Assembly: GCA_004764695.1 (NCBI GenBank)
Contig: SMSO01000006.1
Location: forward strand, 1,379,859-1,443,858
Length of the DNA stretch: 64,000 nt
Reading direction: 5' to 3'
Source of the DNA: Schizochytrium sp. TIO01
Taxonomy: Eukaryota; Protista; Bigyra: Labyrinthulomycetes
Notes under the pieces: model-generated
Database searches by the model: none
Told to the model about the DNA's origin: nothing
Seen by the model: only the letters and a program-made list of their open reading frames with translations
Shown here: positions 12,001-18,682 of the stretch, one piece after another
Position numbering within the stretch: position 1 is the first letter of the stretch
Layout of the letters: the number at the start of each line of letters is the position of its first letter
Translations under genes and position numbers: made by a program

Positions 12001-14293
12001 TCAGAGGGATGCAGTTGAAGGCGAAACACGAATAAGCTCCTGCGCAGCAATGTGCAAGTGGATTAAACTTCACAGAGCTACGATTGTTCAAAGCTTGAGA
12101 GAGGCACTTCTTACCGACAGTGAAGATGAGGATGAGGATGACGAGGATGGAGTGGATGAGGAAGAGGACGAGGAAGGCGTCGATGTTGACAAGACCAGCT
12201 TGCCAGGGAAATTTCACCCGTCTGAGGTAGATAACAACGGGGTTCGGGTCTCAAATATCATTTCTGACGATGAGTTTGAAGACGCACGGGGCCGCGCTGA
12301 ATACAGTTCTAGACGTCTTTTACGAGATGACGCGAAGGGAGGAACTCATGGGCTTACTCAAAGGGAAGGAGATGCCATGGATCAAGAATCAGATGCTGAG
12401 TTAAGTAATCATGACTACTTTGGCCGCGAAGATAACAATATTGTCAACGGTGAAAGTGATGATGACATATCTCATGCTGGATCTGAAAATGCGCATCGCA
12501 ACCCAAACAGGCTTCGCCGATTGCAGCGGACTGGCCTTGCGAAGCGCTACATTCACCCAAGTGGTAGAGAATTGCATGAGGAATACGAACGTACCCGAGA
12601 CGTAACGAGCAAACTGAAACTGCAGTGGCTAGGTCGCGAAGAGCAAATCGACTTCCTCGCGGGGCTTATGGGCCCACGCCACATGCAGACGTCCCACATG
12701 CTTTTACATGGTGATACAGCCACAGGGAAAACTGGTGTAATTCGCGCGCTGATAACTGCGCTTGAATATCCTTTTGCCGCCGTAGACTGTGCTGAATGCT
12801 ATGCACCAAGCATTTTGTTCCAGAGACTTCTCTCTCAGATGCCTCGAAGCAGAACAGAAGCAATCGACTCTATGCAAAACCAAATTTTAGATGCATCTGC
12901 TGCTACTAATACTACAAACGATAGGAGCAGGTCGAACGACCCTGCCTCAGGCTTTGGGCACGAGGAAACATATGAGGATCGCAAGAACCGCAATATCGCA
13001 GAGAATCGCGCAGTACTGGAAAGCCTAGGCATTGTGTTGTCTCCTAATCTTCAAGAGAGAAGTGGGGTACAGGGAATGGACTCTGAGCCGTATGTGGATG
13101 ACGAGGAAGCAAGAGACAGTGATGAGCCATCTGAGTTGGGTGAAGGTGTTTCACTCCTCTCTCGCAAGGTTCAAACGCTTGAGCGCTGTGTTACTATGCG
13201 CGACTTCGTGCTTGAGGTATCGCGACGTTTGCAGCCAGCTCGTGAAGCAAAAGAAACATTTTACTTGCTTCTTGAAAATGCTGCTCGAATAGAAGAACTC
13301 AGCTCGAATCTGCTCCCAGCCCTCTTAGAGTTAGAAAGGTCTTCTGGGTGCAATATTTGTATTATTATGACTTCTACAGAGCTTTCTGAGTCTATGAGTC
13401 TAGTTCTGCATAACGTCCCAGTTTGCTTTGTTTGTTTTCCTGCATACTCACAAATGGAGCAACGCAAAATCATAGCGCTTCAGCTGAGCAAGAAGGTTGG
13501 TAAACAGTATAGCGAGATGGTGGTGCGGCAGGTTGTCAATGCGGTGGTGCAGACCTTTACATCACAGGTGCGCGATCTTCGTGAAATGTCTCGCATTTGT
13601 TTTGACCTTTGGGAAAAGGTTGTATCTAAACCAGGTTTTGCAGAAAATCCGCAAGGAATTTTGCGTGTTGCGCTTGAAGGCCGTGTTGGCCTAACCTTTA
13701 AGATGCTGTATCATCATGACTTTGAGCTTGATCCACGTGCTGAAAACCCAACTGATGGTGCCCTAGAGCGTTGGGAACGTGATGAGGTAAAACGAGCTGC
13801 AGATCTACCTTACGATTCAAAGCTTGTTTTGTTGGCATCCTTTCTAGCGTCATACAATAGTCCGGATCACGACCGTGTTCTATTTGGAAATGCAAGAAAG
13901 CTATCGCAACGCCAAAAGCATGGCGAAGCTTTGACTGCGCGAAACATTAAGAATGCAAACGCAGGCCAACGGCTGTTGGGCCCCAAGGTCTTTCCTCTCG
14001 AGCGACTTGTCAATTTGTACCGCGCTCTTGTCAACATGATTGACTCTAGTGCACCTTTGTCAGATTCTACAAACTCAAGTAATAAGCAAAATATGTCATC
14101 AGCTTTGCAGCGCCAACCGACAAGGCAGCTTCATAAGCAAGTGGCATCTTTGATTAGTGCTGGTCTTTTGACTCGCGTCTCGCGCCAAGATGAATTGGAC
14201 ATGGTGAAGCTGAAATGTAATGTTCCAAATGAGTTTGCCGAAGCTCTTTCTGAAACGGTGAAGCTTGATCTGCTTAAACTTCTCGAAAGCTAA
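6005..14293 (+). CDS. ORC5: Origin recognition complex subunit 5 with a very large repeat-containing N-terminal extension (~2760 aa)
   Basis: First in-frame ATG is at 6005 (the track start at 5885 is TTG). The C-terminal ~560 aa contain GREEQI, Walker A HGDTATGKT (G at 12710), VDCAECY and RCVTMRDFV. ORC5-specific C-terminal motifs follow: LPYDSKLVLLASFLASYN, LLGPKVFPLERL, QVASLISAGLL, KLKCNV. Confidence 0.9.
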   Translation: MSQTPTRPEASPPSVRSDAPTASSNLGNAQDSVRDHSQQDDKASPAGAQAGQEPSEEGVHSSSRVLETRSLRMEDSPFSVNQDLRRKEVRAANRSMRRQSLHFAPTVVPAKLSVTDLKPAFNKILKMLRDRGWKTPRTANGWAYLKPHVKKPTVGAEGIDMWDTAEGVLQHLIEERHVQYDGFFEEFFQQHPDQLAIMSSPPRSEDEHSSVIHELLQDDEDQENNKEDEPAENASGAKANTDTKKPNEIESHDAESIGTSLREKTTKRRRRSSGGHWEPGRDGGTGSEDEGRAERSRRRRSTHGIPSPGSDEQELGTWAWTALISEGWHHTRGDTLHAWCYLKPEVRHKGDGVQDENMFMGERMLGRYLLNHRPDLVDAWRLEKEAAEEARQEEKEMNLAGKTRRRLKSKMKNSKGSIVGIQKSRGKNNSSSRGKGKKKNISRRKAQKRRSQPWFKNFKFNRDVKFGTLWPRILRDKFNWKYFRLRGVRGLTGSWAYALPEVASVTEGKIGENMWVVESEIVEYVKNNPELAAKAEAIILEQLRREFGSDDDEDEDEHENEDEDEDEDEDDDEKSVSKTSKRAASQNKSTTKKRRPYNELNDGGLVDQQVAKKFPLVFAATTEAIWGVLRTELSWRHFPTKTLHSSWMYCPPDVTRATAIIDQNMWYHRDLKEMVLKNSHLAKQVERFFEEEAQEEVRQRQMAKEWRKEEARRRAAIQHEAKRRQQERAKAQIQAEKAAKALAAKREIERRRARELQSQLLKELKDELKVRQVDTAGFQTLWSILRFEYGWTHFPYTGLISSFVYALPEVTKASEGTMDETMWADEDKLVAYVRESPIWAERCEASLRESLREAYAQKMEITMEELLELEQGNTAPSPKQKVQSVVKQKHNLKQQRQTQQHSKDKESVDRVSETLKIGHIDITNDPKISAGASEGSVQAFTEANEQHGTEDEDDLHPVEEREVEEEHDIKDIADTNMCDGDQNDSHMEDADVDDTNTNLDKSSNHGHSINKEDEILDDAEVDFDDQEDSDEVMDPRERADKIIDKATSFNEVFPHLQKLGWSQKPNFEGDGGSKRYFLPGALPKEATLGKDMWTDPMEALDFVKTDPTWRKHLQDLFASSDFHDEVDSSSDEIERDDPNLRIRARRVLDKADFNQVWDILKSRHWKWFYNTGLESAWVYAMPHVKTKRIGKIDVDMFDSEESLVKFAKSDSHTRQLCEDMLYDLLYEKQLLDRERDAIHNDDEDLIDDDENEDEDQYSEEEDELLDEDEERDAHDSEEADDSDEDDNSLHSALYGQAIERAHDGDLQSILLDQFNWKHVKSTDPNSELQYCYVKPADKYGAPETLDFLSDIKNRVLSDANLREDVARKLIDKWRRTQDPNLQALRGWEEVFDQSRKHARRNISQSSAARLRTRKTIQHSSSIVSSLKRRRSYSRRRSTQGANNSSRGQDDDDDDLEDNSAGSIGGDENDVLGGATFNMVWPILKELGWHYYPYSGLEGSWRYALPEVEKARDCKINENTWVKESDVVDYVRSDPEWAEKVRSHLKIVVESSESGDSDSANEAIEAGSDNYVSDSAEEEDRDDLSKNSLDEDENNESANNSEDGNGDEGSSDEEGSDGASFQGDLSDRKSIMSYLLSKGWHHKKGRGLVSHYYLAPHVKSKTDGVLGESIFESEEAVCEHFIKTHQPKIKSKNHGKKARGTRQMSTAKLPARSAKRIRLESPISQDTQRIWSSMKRKGWEQVGEWYVSPDAAPTRNSTGEKVFKEDHCTVFRSLKRAAAHFIMKNQHTSPIHVSRGIKRRRSEVQRAEEEEEEMLSGDHDDENEVVVDSDNESNNMDENDEQNDDEDDEDDEDENEDDEDNLPDYISEDNFWDEVWPYLEKNGWKRIKNKRKGAKRGFLAPSGALANGVSMRFSRVTEVCEFLRTQQELRQHQSSPSSSSSSEDEDRVRFDEYVKTLRTVQPTQDTFWTTFHPIIKAAGWTYKYGTGIHKELFFAPGVTRQRDAVEGETRISSCAAMCKWIKLHRATIVQSLREALLTDSEDEDEDDEDGVDEEEDEEGVDVDKTSLPGKFHPSEVDNNGVRVSNIISDDEFEDARGRAEYSSRRLLRDDAKGGTHGLTQREGDAMDQESDAELSNHDYFGREDNNIVNGESDDDISHAGSENAHRNPNRLRRLQRTGLAKRYIHPSGRELHEEYERTRDVTSKLKLQWLGREEQIDFLAGLMGPRHMQTSHMLLHGDTATGKTGVIRALITALEYPFAAVDCAECYAPSILFQRLLSQMPRSRTEAIDSMQNQILDASAATNTTNDRSRSNDPASGFGHEETYEDRKNRNIAENRAVLESLGIVLSPNLQERSGVQGMDSEPYVDDEEARDSDEPSELGEGVSLLSRKVQTLERCVTMRDFVLEVSRRLQPAREAKETFYLLLENAARIEELSSNLLPALLELERSSGCNICIIMTSTELSESMSLVLHNVPVCFVCFPAYSQMEQRKIIALQLSKKVGKQYSEMVVRQVVNAVVQTFTSQVRDLREMSRICFDLWEKVVSKPGFAENPQGILRVALEGRVGLTFKMLYHHDFELDPRAENPTDGALERWERDEVKRAADLPYDSKLVLLASFLASYNSPDHDRVLFGNARKLSQRQKHGEALTARNIKNANAGQRLLGPKVFPLERLVNLYRALVNMIDSSAPLSDSTNSSNKQNMSSALQRQPTRQLHKQVASLISAGLLTRVSRQDELDMVKLKCNVPNEFAEALSETVKLDLLKLLES
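6355..12065 (+). repeat. About 13 dispersed copies of a ~55-65-aa protein module (F-x2-[VI]-W-x2-L-x3-GW ... [WY]-x-Y-x2-P-x-V ... G-x2-[GD]-x-[ND]-M-[WF]-x2-E-x2-V-x2-[YF]-V) inside the ORC5 extension
   Basis: Approximate copy starts: 6355, 6950, 7393, 7865, 8330, 9143, 9455, 9917 (degenerate), 10424, 10889, 11183, 11609, 11897. Example pair: FQTLWSILRFEYGWTHFPYTGLISSFVYALPEV..GTMDETMWADEDKLVAYVRESP and FNMVWPILKELGWHYYPYSGLEGSWRYALPEV..CKINENTWVKESDVVDYVRSDP. Confidence 0.9.
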
Positions 14294-14839
14294 AACTCCG
14301 TGCCGTAAGGAAAGTGAAGTGACATAATTAATCAAACTCTCATTATAATTAATATTTTGATTGATTATAAACTCGTTCAGCCCCATATGTATATATATAT
14401 TGGTTCGTTTGTTTGTTAGCAAGGAGAGTAATGATAGATAGTGGAATCAAGCGCTATAATTTACGTTGTTTCTTTGTAGGGCAGTTCCGGAAATATACAA
14501 ATAAGAAATATTTTTTTTTTTTTTAAATTTCATAGAAGCCTCTTGTGTGAATGTTATACAATGGAACTTGACAAACACAAGCAACCCCTCCCTTCCGACG
14601 TTTCACGCGCGCGATAAGACAATTTTATAAAAATTATAACATGAAAATTTACATACGGGCCAAAGTTCAAATAATTGGTACTAGAGGTTATAAAGCAAGG
14701 ACAATACCAGGTCCTGCTTCTTACACAAATTCCGTCTATAAATATAAAAGAAGATTTTTTGGACACGATCTCACTTTCCACAGAACAATTATTGCATGCA
14801 TCACAAGAGGTTCTGTCGCGCAGTGAGTTTTGTTTTGTT

Positions 14840-17800
14840 TTACCCAAGGGATGTTGGTGGCTGAGCGCTCTTTGGCCGCGGAGGTATTTGTTCTGGAGAG
14901 AGGCCTAAATCAACTCCCATCAGGGCATTTGTAGAGTCTTTCCCCTGAAGAGTTCCTGATCTTCGTCGGATCGCAGTATTAGCGAAAAGAGGTGAATTGC
15001 GACGCATACGTGTCCTGGGCAAAGATGCAAATGCTGCCGTCGTAGAATCTTCTGGAGAGGCAGTGCCATCGCTAGTGGAGACCCGAGAAGGTAGAAGTGG
15101 CGAATCCGGCTGCCAAGCATCGCGGGGGGATGATGCTGTCGATGAATTGTCATCGCTTGTACGCACAGCAGCAAGACGGTTTTGAAGTTCTTTGACAAGT
15201 TGCTTACTCTCAGTAAGCTCGCGTTCCAAAGCATCAATACGCGTCCGTGACTGCTCCGTCTCGTGTCTACGTACAGATTCAGTCGCAGCAATGTGTGATA
15301 ACAAAGTGTCGGTGGCGTCCTCCGATGCAACTTGAGCTTGGGATTCTTGCCAACGCAATGCACGAATACGGGCAGATGAGTCTACGTGGTTGGCCTCATC
15401 GGCATCTCGGCTTGATAACGACGTTGCAGATTCTGTATAATGGATGCCATTTTGCAAGACAAAGGTATCATTTACTGAGGATAAAGTCGAGCCAGACACC
15501 ACCCTAACAATATCTCCAAATGATTTAGACGGTGGGACCTGATAATCAGCACCGGATTGGTTCAACCCTGGTGTCCGGCAGCTGCCATCTTCGCTAAACT
15601 CTGTTCCGGCGGATGACGCCTCTTCAATACCTGATCGATGACGAATATTTATTAGTGCAAGGGATGTAAGCTTTGCGCATCGAGTTTCCGCGCGATTATG
15701 GCGCATAGGTTGGTGTGGAAGTGTTGCCACTGTACTAGCGAGCACCAAATCCCGGCGTAACGGTGCTAAGCGTCCAGCGTGGTTCGGGTTATCAGCCCAG
15801 GTCCCCGGGACACCGCGATGAAATTTATCCAAAGAAATCTTACATACTAATGGTGGTTTTTCACAAAGCTGGGGCCGTTGTAAGAGTGATCGCAATTTTG
15901 CTGTGCGAGGATTGTCAGGACTCGCGGGCACGCTATCTTCTTCAACAATGAATCGAGGAATACCCATGTGATCCAGGGCCTCGCGAACTTTGGTAACTGA
16001 TGTAAACAACTCGTTCATTTCTTCTGGACTGAAGATAACCAGACGATCTATGGCAAGGCGTGTAGCTGACATAGAATATCCCAAACCAGTGAGCATGTCA
16101 TTGAGCATTCGAGCAAGGGGTGACATCTTGCGTTTGACAGGGTGCACGGATTGCTTACGCCAGATACTCACAAGGCGATCAAAAAGGGTCGGGTTGTAAG
16201 CAGAAACCTGGCGGGTGATGAGGTCACAGAACAATCGACGAGAAACAAAGGAATCCACAAAGGATTGGTAAGCCACAGGCAAGTCCGCCACAAAGGTAAC
16301 CGGGTCAAATCCTCGCTTAGTCGTCATAGTCCTAGCTGTCGAGCTAGCACTGCCAAGGCTACTGAGACTGCAAGTACTTGCTGATGAGCTAAGGTGCGAG
16401 CAAGACGTCACAGGACCCATCACATTTGGACTTGTTCCCCGTCCACGAATAGAATGTGAGGTAGTAGACCCCAAGGATGCAGTGTCAGACGCATCTGCAT
16501 ATGGAGAAGTTGATGAAGAGCTAGAAAGAGGGACTAGATGGAATTTCAGGTGCGAGAAGAGAGTCAAATACAATTCGAGCATTGCAATACGAACGTGGTC
16601 GATCCACACACGTTCATCCGCAGATTCATCGAGAATATTCGACTCCGTTGATGAATTAGACGTTGCAGAATTCTTGCTTCCACTTTGTGCAGAATTTACA
16701 GAATATGGGAAAGAGAATGCAGTGCTTCCTGAGTAAGTACTTTGTGTTGTAGTCGAGTTCTGCTTACCAAAGCCGTTGTGGTGAGGGACCTGGAGATTTT
16801 GCCGTGTTTGCGAGGGGACACTACTAGATGCTGAAAGATTTGGCGAGCCTGCACGAGGTGATGTGCATGGGGAAGTTAAAGTGTCAGGAATAATTGTTGA
16901 AAGCTGGGCCAAGAGATTTGTTCGAAGGGGCTCTGGGATGGTTGGAACAGGCTTAAGGGCACTTACGTCAGTCTCTTCATCTTCGGTATCATCATGGTTG
17001 AGGTGTTGCTGGTGAAAATTGTTTGATGATGATGAGGTAAGCCGGCGAAGCAAACCGGGTGTCCTGGATACAACTTCATATTGACCGGCATCAATGTTTG
17101 CTAAAACAAAGCGCTTCGCAGTTTGCCGCTGATACGCACAGTTTGCATGCAAACGCAACTTGAATTCGCCCGTGTCAGTACAGCACACACCAACAAGAAA
17201 AGGGGAGGAAGCCTGAAGCATGTGCCATTCAGAACGAGGCAAAAGAGGTACATATAAACTTTGCCAAACGAACGGAAACAGAATGGCCCTAAACGCTTCA
17301 GCTATGGGAACAAGACGTGAAGCGTCTGTACTGTGAAGAATAACGGAGTCCTCCGCGAGCAGGTGCTCTAAGATTTCTAGCACAAGTTTTGGCCGAAACG
17401 ATTGAAATAGAGTAAGAAAGCAGCGATCATCTACCATTGGAAGGTGGCGCATTCGAGGTGTACAGATACATAGGCGTCGTTTGAAAATAGGAGAACGTTC
17501 CCAAGTCATGCGCATGCAACGATCTGATGGGGGCACTGGAACTTCTGCGATGAGTGAGCGTACGAAAGGTTCTATGATAACATGGTTGCACAGGTCACGA
17601 TCGCAGAGACTGGCGAGTTCAAGAAGAGCAGTCTCCATAAAGGTCATCACTGGGTGCCGAGAAACCGCACATATATATTGGTTTGCATCTAGCACTTGCG
17701 TCACACTACAATATAATAAAACACCGGTAGCATCAGGAAGAACAAACGAACATGTAGAGACCGTATTACCCCCTACATATGATGGACGCTCTTTGCTATT

Positions 17801-18682
17801 GGCACAAGATGTTGCACCTGCTGACATCGTGGAGCCCGCGGATTTCTGTGTTGTTGAAGAGAGTGGCGGGCTGCTGGTTTCAGCCGACCCTTTAAATTGC
17901 GAATAGTATTTTGCAGTGGTCAATGGCTCAGTCAAAGTGCCAAAGATATCTCTCAGACACATGAGGAGGAGCGCTTCGGGAAATGTATAAGGTGCAACTG
18001 CAGGGAAGCGCTGCCTAACCCAAAAGTTCTCTGCATGGAGCTCCACTACGCAGAAGAAATCAATCACTCGTGACTGTGCCATTACTGTCTTCGTCGACGT
18101 CATCGTTGCTGATGTTTCTGACGTGCTCGCGCTTGCCGACGAGGCTGCGCTCGTCGTGGCCCTGCGTGTCAGTGCATGGGTCGCTCCCGCTGGCATTCCC
18201 TGCTGCCAGCGTTGTCGTTTGCCCCCTGCTGCGCCGGCCCAATCGCAGCCTCCGGTGCTGCTGCTTTTGATCAAGCTTTGTCCTACTGCTATGTTCTTCC
18301 CACTTGCTTCTGATTGCCGCACTTGCCCTACTACTTGCAACTTTGCCTGAGACTGAGATTCCTGCTGCTGCTGCTGCTGCTGCTGTCGACCTTGCTGTTG
18401 TTGCACTGCCCTCGGAGACCTGCTTTGCCCCGCACTCTCTCCTGCTAGGGCATCTCCAGTTTCCACAACCTCTAGTTTCGAGGCAATGCTGCTTTGCACG
18501 GCCTCTTCTGCATAACTATTATTTTCGCACACGCTGCTCCTTAATGAGGAAGTGGTACCGCATGGGACGGTTAGAGTCTCTTCATTTTCTTGATAAGTAT
18601 CTAGCCCCCCCAAGGCCTCTCGAAACACACCTGCTGGCGCAGACGCATGCTTTATTTTCCCAATCTCGTGTATTCCACCCAT
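14840..18682 (-). CDS. DENN-domain protein (putative Rab GEF)
   Basis: uDENN-like IDFFCVVE and SFVLPDATG; cDENN motifs AICAVSRHP-like, LVLEILEHLLAEDSVILHS..RLVPIAEAFRAILFPFVWQSLYVPLLP..LQASSPFLVGV; dDENN-like FDPVTFV..YQSFVDSFVSRRLF. Confidence 0.9.
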   Translation of the reverse strand: MGGIHEIGKIKHASAPAGVFREALGGLDTYQENEETLTVPCGTTSSLRSSVCENNSYAEEAVQSSIASKLEVVETGDALAGESAGQSRSPRAVQQQQGRQQQQQQQQESQSQAKLQVVGQVRQSEASGKNIAVGQSLIKSSSTGGCDWAGAAGGKRQRWQQGMPAGATHALTRRATTSAASSASASTSETSATMTSTKTVMAQSRVIDFFCVVELHAENFWVRQRFPAVAPYTFPEALLLMCLRDIFGTLTEPLTTAKYYSQFKGSAETSSPPLSSTTQKSAGSTMSAGATSCANSKERPSYVGGNTVSTCSFVLPDATGVLLYCSVTQVLDANQYICAVSRHPVMTFMETALLELASLCDRDLCNHVIIEPFVRSLIAEVPVPPSDRCMRMTWERSPIFKRRLCICTPRMRHLPMVDDRCFLTLFQSFRPKLVLEILEHLLAEDSVILHSTDASRLVPIAEAFRAILFPFVWQSLYVPLLPRSEWHMLQASSPFLVGVCCTDTGEFKLRLHANCAYQRQTAKRFVLANIDAGQYEVVSRTPGLLRRLTSSSSNNFHQQHLNHDDTEDEETDVSALKPVPTIPEPLRTNLLAQLSTIIPDTLTSPCTSPRAGSPNLSASSSVPSQTRQNLQVPHHNGFGKQNSTTTQSTYSGSTAFSFPYSVNSAQSGSKNSATSNSSTESNILDESADERVWIDHVRIAMLELYLTLFSHLKFHLVPLSSSSSTSPYADASDTASLGSTTSHSIRGRGTSPNVMGPVTSCSHLSSSASTCSLSSLGSASSTARTMTTKRGFDPVTFVADLPVAYQSFVDSFVSRRLFCDLITRQVSAYNPTLFDRLVSIWRKQSVHPVKRKMSPLARMLNDMLTGLGYSMSATRLAIDRLVIFSPEEMNELFTSVTKVREALDHMGIPRFIVEEDSVPASPDNPRTAKLRSLLQRPQLCEKPPLVCKISLDKFHRGVPGTWADNPNHAGRLAPLRRDLVLASTVATLPHQPMRHNRAETRCAKLTSLALINIRHRSGIEEASSAGTEFSEDGSCRTPGLNQSGADYQVPPSKSFGDIVRVVSGSTLSSVNDTFVLQNGIHYTESATSLSSRDADEANHVDSSARIRALRWQESQAQVASEDATDTLLSHIAATESVRRHETEQSRTRIDALERELTESKQLVKELQNRLAAVRTSDDNSSTASSPRDAWQPDSPLLPSRVSTSDGTASPEDSTTAAFASLPRTRMRRNSPLFANTAIRRRSGTLQGKDSTNALMGVDLGLSPEQIPPRPKSAQPPTSLG

